A stretch of 64,000 nt of DNA from Cyanobacteria bacterium auto_48_18 (GCA_036170915.1 JAVHQC010000035.1:146971-210970); one strand, 5' to 3'. Counted from the stretch's first letter, positions 18,624 to 28,242 are shown. Program-made: numbers and translations. Notes: a model not told the origin generated them from the sequence alone.

Positions 18624-19581
18624 TTTGCACCACCCCTGACACAAGCCGCGGCAACCAACCGTAAACCACAGACATGCAGGCGAGTAGCCAGATGACAATG
18701 GTGCATTGAATCGGTCTATCTTTGAGCAATACCTCTTCTGGTGAGCCGGTATTAGTGTCTCTGACAGACAAAACTTGATAGCGCAGCACACCATATAGCA
18801 CCATCGGCACTGTCACCATCATCCATTGACCATACTGTGACTGAAAACTGTAAAAAGCATATGCGGTAATCAAACTCGGTACTATAGCCGCTTCCATGCG
18901 ATCGAGCAGGTCTATGGAATATTTACCGAGCACTTTTCTGTGGCCGGCAGCATCGCTGCCCAGACTTTTGATTTCTTGTCGTCTTTTTTCAAGAGCGAGA
19001 AATAATGCACCAAGGGAGGTGCACAATAAGAACCAGGCAGAAAGCGGCACATGTGCCGCTGCACCGCCGGCCAGTGCCCGCAACACAAAACCGGTGGCGA
19101 TACAGAAAACATCGAGAATAATATGATGTTTGAGTTTAGCCACATAAGCAATTTGCAAAAGCAAATAGGCCAAAAGCACAAGGCTTAAGGCCGGTCTTGT
19201 CAGATAACCAACGACAAAGCTAAGAATCAAACAGATCAAGCCAATGATAAAGGCGGTTTGCTTACCGATTAGACCAGCTGCTACAGGACGTTTGCACTTG
19301 GTTGGATGCTTACGATCAGCTTCGGCGTCAAGAATATCGTTAAAGACATAAACCGCAGCAGATATAAAACATAGTGCCACCACACACATTGAAACATGGC
19401 TGACCACTTCGCCACTGAAGAGCCTCCCGGCAAAAAGCGCGGGCGCGAAGGCAATCAAATTTTTTGTCCATTGTCTAGGACGCAATAATCTGACAATGCT
19501 CTTGGGCGTCAGAGCACGAGGGCCAGCGGCAGAATCGCCGACAGCATCAGCTTGAGCATCTATTTTCTGGCCTGAATTCAT
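18595..19581 (-). CDS. UbiA-family prenyltransferase (decaprenyl-phosphate phosphoribosyltransferase-like)
   Basis: Polytopic membrane protein with the Asp-rich motif NDILDAEADRKHPTKCKRPVAAG. Confidence 0.8.
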   Translation of the reverse strand: MNSGQKIDAQADAVGDSAAGPRALTPKSIVRLLRPRQWTKNLIAFAPALFAGRLFSGEVVSHVSMCVVALCFISAAVYVFNDILDAEADRKHPTKCKRPVAAGLIGKQTAFIIGLICLILSFVVGYLTRPALSLVLLAYLLLQIAYVAKLKHHIILDVFCIATGFVLRALAGGAAAHVPLSAWFLLCTSLGALFLALEKRRQEIKSLGSDAAGHRKVLGKYSIDLLDRMEAAIVPSLITAYAFYSFQSQYGQWMMVTVPMVLYGVLRYQVLSVRDTNTGSPEEVLLKDRPIQCTIVIWLLACMSVVYGWLPRLVSGVVQTTDSVRLHF

Positions 19582-19615
19582 AAAATCATTATGCCTTTAG
19601 ACGCTGTCTTTTAAG

Positions 19616-20212
19616 CTATTTGAGCTTAAGAGCCAGCCCAGACACTGAAAGATAAACCTGGTCAGCCTGAGCTGCAATTTTCTGATTGGCCAGACCTAGC
19701 ATGTCACGATAGCTGCGGGCCAAATGGTTGTCGGGCACGATGCCGGAGCCTACTTCATTGGTGACCACAATAAAGCGTAAATCAGAGCGACTACCTATGG
19801 CTGATAAAAAATCATCCACGTCTTTTAAAAGATTTGCTTCCAGCTCTCTGCGCACATTGTTATCTTCGATTGTGTACGGAATAGAAAGCAACAGATTGGA
19901 GACAAAAAGTGAAAGACAGTCGATTAAACACAGAATAGGTGCGTTGTCGTCGCCCGGCAACTCTGTTATCACTTTGCTCAGCATCAGTGGTTCTTCGATG
20001 GTGCGCCACTCAGTCGGGCGGCGCTTCGTGTGTAAAGCAATGCGGTCGTGGGCTTCCAGATCGTGATCTATTTTGCCCATAGTTGCAAAGTAGACCACGG
20101 CTAAACCTGTGTCTGCCGCCATTTTTTCCGCTAAAGCAGATTTACCAGACCGAGCACCGCCGGTAATCACCGTCAGCTTCACTAATTCCGAACTTTGCAT
20201 TTCAACACCCAA
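19616..20212 (-). CDS. cobU: Adenosylcobinamide kinase / adenosylcobinamide-phosphate guanylyltransferase
   Basis: P-loop VITGGARSGKSALAE. The size and the remaining sequence fit CobU/CobP. Confidence 0.85.
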   Translation of the reverse strand: MGVEMQSSELVKLTVITGGARSGKSALAEKMAADTGLAVVYFATMGKIDHDLEAHDRIALHTKRRPTEWRTIEEPLMLSKVITELPGDDNAPILCLIDCLSLFVSNLLLSIPYTIEDNNVRRELEANLLKDVDDFLSAIGSRSDLRFIVVTNEVGSGIVPDNHLARSYRDMLGLANQKIAAQADQVYLSVSGLALKLK

Positions 20213-20301
20213 AACTTGCAGTTGCCTAAAGCAGCTAAAACACTTAAGCTATCACAATCTCTTGAACAAATTATGCCACTACTTGCAATACCTGTATAAA
20301 A

Positions 20302-21174
20302 GTGCCAGCAGAAGATAAGCTCTACGATTTTAGTCCACGCACAGCCAATCTGGACAAATTAAAGCAACACGTCCCTGCTTCGCCAATTGCAGATGACGGC
20401 ATGTCAAAGCATACTCTCGATTTATATAAATCGTTTATGCATTCATACGTCAACCGCATTAATAATGCGACCTTCAATGTCACCATAGGAGGTATCAGAA
20501 TTGGATCAGCCAAATATAGCCGCCTGGCGCAAATTAATCTGAAAAGCAAAGTAATTACCTTTTCTCGTTTTGCCATCGAAAACGTTCCAGAAAGAGGCAG
20601 ACGCTATCTTGTTCTTCACGAGTTAGCTCACGTTCTCGAAGCCAGCCACAACGATTATTTCTGGCAACTGGTTGGACGCTTCGAACCAAACTACAAGGAG
20701 ATTGGCAGTGATCTCGACATGGCTTTTAAAAAGAATGTCAGATCGCATGACAGACTAAGTAAGCGCCAGATTAAAGCCGGCAGCAGTGGTCAGCACGAAA
20801 GCGGCCGCGCTCAGCAACATTTAGAATTATTCCGTCAGAATAAATTGCTCTGGACTCCTGACCATGGCTATATAGAGCATGGCAACAAACAACTGGGTCT
20901 TCATAAAGACCAGGTTGAAAATTTTGCCAACATAGACTTAGACAGCAGGCTTGCAGACGAAGCCTTCAGAGCCTATATCGACCTCAGGCGAGAAGAAATA
21001 GATCAGGAATGTGACCCTGAAGAAGACCATCTGCCTGAAGTTATTGAAGGCGACTGCAATGAAAAGTGTAGTTTCAATACTCAACAGTTAGATGATTATC
21101 TCTACAATGATGATGACGAAAACTACACAGACAATTTGTTCGGCACCATGAGCGGTGGCGATGGCGTCTTTTGA
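20302..21174 (+). CDS. DUF45 / YgjP-like (M48-type) metal-dependent hydrolase with an acidic C-terminal extension
   Basis: RRYLVLHELAHVLEASHNDYFWQLVGRFEPNYKE matches the DUF45 HExxH...NHxxxFW pattern. GTG start, with an alternative ATG at about 20401. Confidence 0.7.
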   Translation: MPAEDKLYDFSPRTANLDKLKQHVPASPIADDGMSKHTLDLYKSFMHSYVNRINNATFNVTIGGIRIGSAKYSRLAQINLKSKVITFSRFAIENVPERGRRYLVLHELAHVLEASHNDYFWQLVGRFEPNYKEIGSDLDMAFKKNVRSHDRLSKRQIKAGSSGQHESGRAQQHLELFRQNKLLWTPDHGYIEHGNKQLGLHKDQVENFANIDLDSRLADEAFRAYIDLRREEIDQECDPEEDHLPEVIEGDCNEKCSFNTQQLDDYLYNDDDENYTDNLFGTMSGGDGVF

Positions 21175-21301
21175 GCCCTGCCTGGTATTTTTAGTGTTTC
21201 AAAGAGAATAATTAATTATTAGCTATTAGCTCTAAAACCAGCGACGACGGTAAGCACGCTAGAATGTTGTCTGAATAGGAAATTCTGGGAATTGGACTGC
21301 A

Positions 21302-22567
21302 ATGGCTGAACGCAGGGTAGTTATAACTGGTTTAGGGATGGTGACTCCGGTAGGCATCGGCAAAGATGTATGCTGGCAAGCACTTCTGGCTGGCGAGTCC
21401 GGTGTGGCCCCAATCACACAATTTGACCCCATTGCCATTGGTCTCGAAACTAAAATTGCCGCTGAAGTAAAAAACTTCAATATTCAAGACTTCTTCCCCG
21501 ACAAGCGCAAAGTCGGCGGCATGCTCAAAGAAATGGATCGCGTCACACTTTTGGCTATGGCAGCGGCAAAATTGGCTCTCGAAGATGCCAACTTTGATAT
21601 GTCAAAAGAACAAGCCGAACGAGTCGGCACCTTCTTAGGAACAGGTGTGGGTGGTCTGATTACAACCACGGCCGATCACATCAAACTGCTGGAAGGCGGA
21701 CCGCGAAAGCTTGGCTTGCGTTCAGTGATTAGACTGATGCCCAATGCCCCAGCCGGACAGGTCGCCATCGAATATGGTGCCAAAGGTCGAGCTAAGGCCG
21801 ACTCTACTGCCTGTGCCAGCGGCCTTGATTCACTTTTCGACGCATTCATGTACATCAAAGATAACCGCGCCGACGCCATGATTTCAGGTGGTTGCGAAGC
21901 CGCCATTAACGCTTTCAGCATGGCTTCATTCGGTAATATGATGGCCCTATCAAAACGCAATGATGATCCTAAAGGGGCCAGTAGGCCATTTTCCAAAGAC
22001 AGAGATGGTTTTGTCATCGGCGAGGGTGCAGTGGTTCTTATTCTCGAAGAATTAGAACACGCAGTTAATCGGAAAGCGCACATCTATGCCGAGATTGTAG
22101 GGGGCGGTGCTAGTTGCGACGCTTATCATATTGTCGCGCCGCACGAGACCGGTGAAGGCGCTGTAACAGCCATGCGTGAGGCATTGAGAGACGCAAAAAT
22201 TACGCCTGAAGACCTCGATTACATAAATGCGCACGGCACTTCCACCCCACTTAATGACGAGCGCGAAACCATTGCCATTAAGACCGTGCTGGGCGAGCAC
22301 GCCTACAAAATTCCAATCTCAAGCACTAAGTCGATGGTAGGCCATTTGCTTGGTGGTGCTGGTGCTATCGGCACTGCGGTAGCAGCTTTGAGCTTGCACG
22401 ACCAAAAAGTTCATCCCACCATCAACCTCAATAATCCAGACCCTCTCTGCGATCTCGATTATGTGCCCAATGTTGCCCGCGAAGTCAAAATGGAATACGC
22501 CATGGTTGAAGCCTTAGGCTTCGGTGGTCACAACACAGTGCTCATCCTTAAGCGCTACACGGCCTGA
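21302..22567 (+). CDS. fabF: Beta-ketoacyl-ACP synthase II
   Basis: Active-site Cys in DSTACASGLDS, His motifs NAHGTSTPLND and KSMVGHLLGGAG. Confidence 0.93.
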   Translation: MAERRVVITGLGMVTPVGIGKDVCWQALLAGESGVAPITQFDPIAIGLETKIAAEVKNFNIQDFFPDKRKVGGMLKEMDRVTLLAMAAAKLALEDANFDMSKEQAERVGTFLGTGVGGLITTTADHIKLLEGGPRKLGLRSVIRLMPNAPAGQVAIEYGAKGRAKADSTACASGLDSLFDAFMYIKDNRADAMISGGCEAAINAFSMASFGNMMALSKRNDDPKGASRPFSKDRDGFVIGEGAVVLILEELEHAVNRKAHIYAEIVGGGASCDAYHIVAPHETGEGAVTAMREALRDAKITPEDLDYINAHGTSTPLNDERETIAIKTVLGEHAYKIPISSTKSMVGHLLGGAGAIGTAVAALSLHDQKVHPTINLNNPDPLCDLDYVPNVAREVKMEYAMVEALGFGGHNTVLILKRYTA

Positions 22568-25500
22568 TTGAGCTTTTGATTTCTTTTTCTTGGTGGGCCA
22601 GGCATAACTGTGCGCGACAGTTGGTCCGGGTCGGCAGAATTTGAATTGGAAGCTACGGCAGCATTGTTATTGGCCGCAGCTATTGGTGATACTGCTGCTG
22701 GTGACTCGTTGTCATCATCATCATCATGATTAGATTGATTTGCCACTACAGAAGATCCGCCTTGTTCAAGGATATCAGCTTCGGTTTGTTCTTCACCTTC
22801 GCCCACTGTACCGCGACCAACGCCACCTTCATTAGCGGATGCAGCCAGTGATGAGAACATCTGCTTGGTATCAGATGTGGTTCTATTGCCCACGGTGCCG
22901 CCGCCGACTATATTGGCCATAGAACTGGCCACGGTAGCAGTATCACGTCGGGTAGCTGCGTTTGAGTTCATCAGCGAAACAGGCGTGTTCAGTTTGAGTG
23001 AAAACGCAGAAGGCATATTGAATCTATCGCTGGCCGGCTTCTCAAAGCCTTTATCTACGTCAGATCGGCGGGTAGATCTAATCAAGTTCTGAGCTGCAAT
23101 AAACGAGATAGTAGTGGTATCAGCAGGTGTTTCAGCACCTTTGCCGCGGAAATGCTCACTGCCATACATGCTAATAAGAGCGCGTTTTTGATTGTAGTCA
23201 GGATCATTGACGTTGAGGCCAAAAGCGCCTACATCAGACATTTTGTAGAAATTGTCTTGCCCGACGCTGCGAGATGCCACGCCGTTGTCTTGCGGTACTA
23301 CTCTGTTCTGGCGACCGGCGGCAAAGGCATTGCGCACCACGGTTTGACCGTTGGCAGTGAAAGTGACATTCTCTCTGGCAGGAACTGCTTGAGCACTTAC
23401 TGGCTTCACTTTGATTTCGGTTTTATCTAAGTTAGTATCAGGATTAACTATTGGTCTGTCACCACCTATCGTGCCAGCCTTGGTTTCAATGACAGCGCCA
23501 GCTTTGACGTCGCTACCATTTTGCGTATTCTCTACGGCTTTAACTTCAGGAGTGGCAGTTAGAGATTGATCAAGATCAGGAGCAAAATTTTGAATTGGCC
23601 TGTCATCTTCCATACGATTGCTGACAAAGATCGTTGCTAAGCCAGCAGCCATGCCAGTTCCGCTCACAGTTCTAATGAAATTAGGATTAAAGAACATAGA
23701 ACGGTTGTTGGCAAAAATAATATCGTTTGCCGACAAGTTTCTCATCATGGCGCCGGTCTGGCCGTTACCACCAATAAGCGGCAACATTTGACTGCGCACC
23801 GCAAGGAAGTCGACGAATTTCGATGCAGCAGAATTGCCTGCCAGACTAACTGTTTTGAAACCTTCAGAAGTAAGACCGGCAAGCAACAGCTTGTCTGAAG
23901 CAACTTTATTGCCTTCTGCTGCTAGTTTAACGAGATTGCTTCTATAAGCGGCCACTTCAAGTTCATTTGCCGCCACAACCAGCTTGGCCTGTGCTTGTTC
24001 GAGCTTGTTAGCCACTTGCATACCGGTATGACTTTCAAGATAACGCAGCGTTTGCAATTCGGTTGATGTTTGGCGAATCAACTCTCTTTGTACTACCGAG
24101 CTGCTGGAATGGCTTACTTGATTGAATAGATTTTCAACATTAGGCAGACGCTTTTCAAACACGCTTTGAGCCAGTACCCTTGCGTCGCTGACAGTTTCGC
24201 CAATAGCATTGTGGGCTTGTTTGAGCTGGCCTACTTCACGAGCGGTTTGCGAACCCACAACTTTTGACGCCGCGATTTCGCGTTCAATAATTGCCAGCTG
24301 CTGGTCCATTTGTTTGATTGCTACGCTGCGATCGCCGCGCACCATCACATTTTCAGCAGCGCGAGTGTAGTCAGTTACGGCCTGACGCAAAGTCACATTA
24401 TTTGATAATGCCACATCTTTCGCCACAGTGCTTTCCAGTACCTGACCAGTTTTGACCAGTGACTGCGCCTGTGCCTCGATTTTCAAAGTGCTTTGCTCTA
24501 GAGCTCTCACTTCCAAATTCTGCTTGAGATTAGAAACACTGGCTTTGAGATCATCGAGAACTCTCTTGCCTTCTAAAGAACGGTTCATGGCAGACTGGAA
24601 GCCAGGTTGTTCAATTTCAGCAGCAAGCTTTTTGAGGGCAACCGATTGCTGTTCAAAGGTTGAAGCAGTTTTCACTTCCACGGCAGCTTTTTCAATATTG
24701 ACCAGACGCTGAGAAACGTTAGCGTCCGCGCGCAGGGTTGAATTTTCTGCCACTCTGGTGCTTAGACCGGCAACGTGATTGGCTTCTTTTGTAATGGCGG
24801 CAGTATTTGCTTCAAAACTACGCAAGCCCTGAGCTTCGACGGCAGCTCTATCAAGCTTAGCCACCGATTGTTTTAACTCCTGATAAATAGCTGCTTTCTC
24901 GCCTTTGAATAGAGCCTGGCCACCCAATTCGTCAATCTTCACCAGTGAATCTTTGATTCTTGCCACGGTGTGAACATCATCCACAGCGTTAGTGAGAGTC
25001 TTCGATTGACGCGAAATGAAGTCGAGATTGTCGGAGACCTGGGCTTGAATAGAGCTAGAAGATTTTTGTGCATGGGCTGCAGTATTGTCGGCCAGGTTAG
25101 CTGACAATTTTTCAGTTTGAAGACCAATTTTTGTAGTTTCGCGTTCGATGGTGCCAACTGTAGCTTCCATTTTTTGCACGCGACCCAAAGCAGCCGAACC
25201 ATTCTCCAGTTCGACAACACTGGCTCTTAGATCTTGAGCAATATTTTTGGCACCACCAGCTTCAAGGTTATCAATGCGATTGCGCACAGATGAAAGTACT
25301 TGATTGGTGTTGACACCTTCTTTTAAGGTGATTAGCTCTTTTGAGATGCTACTCAGTTCTTGTGTAACTTTTGGCAATTGCAACTCAGGATGGCCTGATT
25401 GAGCAATTCTTTCCACTTTGCCCACAGCGGCAGTGGTCTGTTGACCGAAGCGGCCGATGGTCTCGATGCGCTCGATGGCAAGGGCGGAAGTTTCGATTTT

Positions 25501-28242
25501 GCTGGCGGCATTGCCCATAGTGGCACTGGAAACTTTCATCTCTTCAACCAGTGCAGCCGCTTTCGGATTTTCGGCGAAGAAACGCGAAAATTCAGGCTTG
25601 TCGAATTCTTTAATAAGTTGCTGAACTTCCCGCGCCTGTACGCTGGCATTAGAAGCTCCAGAACTAGAAGGCGTAACTGGTGAGCGGTTATCCAGCACAT
25701 CATCAATCTTCTTCAAGTTGCTGTTCAAGCGATCAACAACAGCACCATTGTTTGCACCGCGAGCACCAACTGATTCATCAAGCATTCTAGTCAAGTCACG
25801 AGTGCGACCGCTCAAGGTTGCCGCTTCGTTATCTAAAATTTTGAGACTGCTCTCAATCTGTTTCAAACTTGTGCGCTCAACCGCTGATGTGGTAACGGTG
25901 TTAACGCTGCGGCGCATTTCGACCAGTTCTTTACCGGCTACCGATTCAAGCACATCTTTGCCGACATTCTGCTCCACTGAGCGCATGGCTTTGCCCAGGT
26001 CGTCGACCAGTTGTGGTGTCGCACCTTTTTCGGCGATTAATTTGAAATTGCTTTGCAGAGCATTGAGAGAGGCTGCGGCATCGCCGTCTAGCTTCAAGCC
26101 ACTTTCAGTCAGCTTGGCGCTGAAGCTTTCGACTTTTGCCAGGCCTTGTTCCGCCACAACATTTGTGGCTGGCATTTTAGCGGTGAGCGGCTCTTGCAAT
26201 TGGAATGGAGATTTTGCAGTAGTTAACTTAGGTGCCACCGATTCCAGCAATTCACCACCAGCGGCATTAATAGCACCAGTAGTTGTCTTAATTTCTTGCA
26301 GTGCGGCTGCAGCCTTGGGATTTTGAGCAAAGTGCGCGGCAAACTGAGGGCTATCTAGTTGCTTAACGGCGAGGTCAAGCTCTCTGACCGCTGACGGAGT
26401 GGTGACACCCCTTTCTAAAATTTCGTCGATTTTGCGAACAGAGCTGGTCAATTCGCCGGTATTGGCCACTCGGCTATCAGCAATGGCGTCAACCAGTTTG
26501 GTGGTCTGCTGACCCAGGTTGGCGGTCTGCGCTTCTACCAATTGGACTTGTGATCTTGCAGTACCTAAATTAGGTGTCAGTGCGTTCAACAAATCGTCTC
26601 CACCAGCTGCATTTTTAATAGCACCAGTGGTTGTTTTAACTTCTTGCAGTGCGGCTGCAGCTTTTGGATTTTCAGCAAAGTAAGCTGCATATTGAGGGCT
26701 ATCTAGTTGCTTAACGGCAACGTCAAGCTCTTTGACTGCTGACGGAGTGGTGACACCCCTTTCTAAAATTTCGTCGATCTTGCGAACAGAGCTGGTTAAT
26801 TCGCCGGTATTGGCCACTCGACTATCAGCAATGGCATCCACCAGTTTGGTGGTCTGCTGGCCCAGGTTAGTTGCTTGAGCTTCCACCACTTTGATGTCTT
26901 TTATTACCGGAGCGTCAAAGTCGGGAGCTTTAATAGTGGTCTCAGCCTTAGCAATATTGGGCTTAGCACCACTTTCGAGCACAACTTCAGATCTAGTTAC
27001 CGCGGTTTCACCGGTTACAGGTTTTACTACGGGCACTTCTTTAGACGGCAGGACAGGCACTTCTTTATTTGGAAGCACCGCATCTTTTACAGGAACTACC
27101 GCGTCTTTTACAGGAACTACCGGGTCTTTTACAGGAACTACCGGGTCTTTTACAGGAACTACCGGGTCTTTCACAGGAACTACGGCGTCTTTTACGGTTT
27201 CGCCGGTTATGACTTTCGGTGTGCTAGCTGCATCACCAATTTTACTCTCGCCCACCGGACGAGTAATAACGGGCTCAACAGGAGGGGTTTTGCCATCTAA
27301 GTGAACCGGCTTCGCGACAACTGGCGCGTCAGGCACAACCTTAGTATCGATTTTGACGTTAGCGCCCAACTTGATATCAGCAGCTGGAACGACAGCGTCG
27401 TCGATTGCCTTGATCACTCCTCCTGCTGGTTTAACTTCGACTCCAGCAAAACTGCGAGAAGGAGAAGGGGTAGCAAATGGCAGTTCAAATTTTGTCGACA
27501 ATCCTTTAAGAGGATTGTTGGTGCTCAACCAATCAATTTTGTTGGCCATTGATTGACCAAAAGTAGTGACAGGTTTGATTGCTGTTGATTCGGCAGCCCT
27601 AACCACAAGGCCTTCCGGCACGCGGCGGCCAGAAAGAACGGCTACGTCATTCAGCTCGGGAGTGCTGCTACGTGTAAGAACAGTGCGCACGTCAGACACC
27701 AAACTGCGAGCAGCCACGGTACGAGCCATGGCGGACTCGGCACCAACGATGGCCTCAGTGCGCGCACCGACTTTACCGGCAGTGCTGGAACCGCCAAATC
27801 CGGCGGTGAAAACGGTAAAGATGGCAGCACCAGCAAGGTGATAGCGCTCTTTGGTGGAACCATGATCAATTACAGCAGCGGCTTTGACGGTTTCGTCTTT
27901 TAAGGCTTTGGCTGTCGCCACCGGATTGCTGACAATATCTTTGACATTTGCGGCGATGTTGCCGACTACACCCTGACTGTTGCTCTTCTTACCAGCAACG
28001 ATGTCGGCAGTACTCTGATGGCGAGTGACAATTGCCAGGGTACCGAGAGCCGCGTCGGCCATCCCGGAGGTCAGGCTACTGAGATTAGAAGACCAGCTGG
28101 ATTCTTCTTTTTTGACGAACTTTGCTTCTGGAGCTTTTGGTTTGGAAGCCAGCAGGTCGCCCGCTAAATTTGCAGCAGGAGTGCTAGGAGCCTTAACTGG
28201 CTCGTCTGGTTTCTCACTCGATGCTTGTGGATTTTTGGGCAT
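22555..28242 (-). CDS. Giant (1895 aa) repeat-rich, predominantly helical / coiled-coil-like protein of unknown function
   Basis: A single uninterrupted ORF with no signal peptide. It has a (VPVKDPV)n Pro-rich spacer, two near-identical 116-aa repeats plus a diverged third, a long Ala/Gln/Leu/Glu/Lys-rich helical region and an acidic/Asn-rich tail (DDDDDNES). I see no catalytic motif. Confidence 0.85.
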   Translation of the reverse strand: MPKNPQASSEKPDEPVKAPSTPAANLAGDLLASKPKAPEAKFVKKEESSWSSNLSSLTSGMADAALGTLAIVTRHQSTADIVAGKKSNSQGVVGNIAANVKDIVSNPVATAKALKDETVKAAAVIDHGSTKERYHLAGAAIFTVFTAGFGGSSTAGKVGARTEAIVGAESAMARTVAARSLVSDVRTVLTRSSTPELNDVAVLSGRRVPEGLVVRAAESTAIKPVTTFGQSMANKIDWLSTNNPLKGLSTKFELPFATPSPSRSFAGVEVKPAGGVIKAIDDAVVPAADIKLGANVKIDTKVVPDAPVVAKPVHLDGKTPPVEPVITRPVGESKIGDAASTPKVITGETVKDAVVPVKDPVVPVKDPVVPVKDPVVPVKDAVVPVKDAVLPNKEVPVLPSKEVPVVKPVTGETAVTRSEVVLESGAKPNIAKAETTIKAPDFDAPVIKDIKVVEAQATNLGQQTTKLVDAIADSRVANTGELTSSVRKIDEILERGVTTPSAVKELDVAVKQLDSPQYAAYFAENPKAAAALQEVKTTTGAIKNAAGGDDLLNALTPNLGTARSQVQLVEAQTANLGQQTTKLVDAIADSRVANTGELTSSVRKIDEILERGVTTPSAVRELDLAVKQLDSPQFAAHFAQNPKAAAALQEIKTTTGAINAAGGELLESVAPKLTTAKSPFQLQEPLTAKMPATNVVAEQGLAKVESFSAKLTESGLKLDGDAAASLNALQSNFKLIAEKGATPQLVDDLGKAMRSVEQNVGKDVLESVAGKELVEMRRSVNTVTTSAVERTSLKQIESSLKILDNEAATLSGRTRDLTRMLDESVGARGANNGAVVDRLNSNLKKIDDVLDNRSPVTPSSSGASNASVQAREVQQLIKEFDKPEFSRFFAENPKAAALVEEMKVSSATMGNAASKIETSALAIERIETIGRFGQQTTAAVGKVERIAQSGHPELQLPKVTQELSSISKELITLKEGVNTNQVLSSVRNRIDNLEAGGAKNIAQDLRASVVELENGSAALGRVQKMEATVGTIERETTKIGLQTEKLSANLADNTAAHAQKSSSSIQAQVSDNLDFISRQSKTLTNAVDDVHTVARIKDSLVKIDELGGQALFKGEKAAIYQELKQSVAKLDRAAVEAQGLRSFEANTAAITKEANHVAGLSTRVAENSTLRADANVSQRLVNIEKAAVEVKTASTFEQQSVALKKLAAEIEQPGFQSAMNRSLEGKRVLDDLKASVSNLKQNLEVRALEQSTLKIEAQAQSLVKTGQVLESTVAKDVALSNNVTLRQAVTDYTRAAENVMVRGDRSVAIKQMDQQLAIIEREIAASKVVGSQTAREVGQLKQAHNAIGETVSDARVLAQSVFEKRLPNVENLFNQVSHSSSSVVQRELIRQTSTELQTLRYLESHTGMQVANKLEQAQAKLVVAANELEVAAYRSNLVKLAAEGNKVASDKLLLAGLTSEGFKTVSLAGNSAASKFVDFLAVRSQMLPLIGGNGQTGAMMRNLSANDIIFANNRSMFFNPNFIRTVSGTGMAAGLATIFVSNRMEDDRPIQNFAPDLDQSLTATPEVKAVENTQNGSDVKAGAVIETKAGTIGGDRPIVNPDTNLDKTEIKVKPVSAQAVPARENVTFTANGQTVVRNAFAAGRQNRVVPQDNGVASRSVGQDNFYKMSDVGAFGLNVNDPDYNQKRALISMYGSEHFRGKGAETPADTTTISFIAAQNLIRSTRRSDVDKGFEKPASDRFNMPSAFSLKLNTPVSLMNSNAATRRDTATVASSMANIVGGGTVGNRTTSDTKQMFSSLAASANEGGVGRGTVGEGEEQTEADILEQGGSSVVANQSNHDDDDDNESPAAVSPIAAANNNAAVASNSNSADPDQLSRTVMPGPPRKRNQKLNQAV
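26190..26889 (-). repeat. Tandem duplication of a 348-bp (116-aa) unit inside the giant gene
   Basis: The Glu codons of the two VEAQ(A/T)(T/A)NLGQQTTKLVDAIADSRVANTGELTSSVRKIDEILERGVTTPSAV units lie at 26881-26883 and 26533-26535. By eye the DNA copies are roughly 90 percent identical. Confidence 0.9.
27082..27206 (-). repeat. 21-bp in-frame minisatellite (about 6 copies) encoding VPVKD(P/A)V heptads
   Basis: The plus-strand unit gtcttttacaggaactaccgg repeats head-to-tail, and three central copies are identical. Confidence 0.92.

Noticed and set aside
26190-27206. Regularly spaced repeats that could be mistaken for a CRISPR array
   Set aside because: The units are contiguous with no unique spacers. 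They are in-frame within a continuous 5.7-kb ORF, and no cas genes are present anywhere in the window.
25718-27304. Several 90-200-aa plus-strand ORFs (25718-26326, 26875-27300, 26891-27304) inside the giant gene
   Set aside because: They are antisense shadows of the long ORF. Their internal repeats (e.g. FYRNYRV, GSFTGTT) only mirror the 21-bp coding minisatellite.
22555-28242. Resemblance of the giant protein N-terminal segment (HGSTKERYHLAGAAIFTVF) to pre-toxin TG domains of polymorphic toxins
   Set aside because: The similarity is a few residues only. The domain would be at the wrong end of the protein, and no toxin or immunity module is visible at the C-terminus or downstream.
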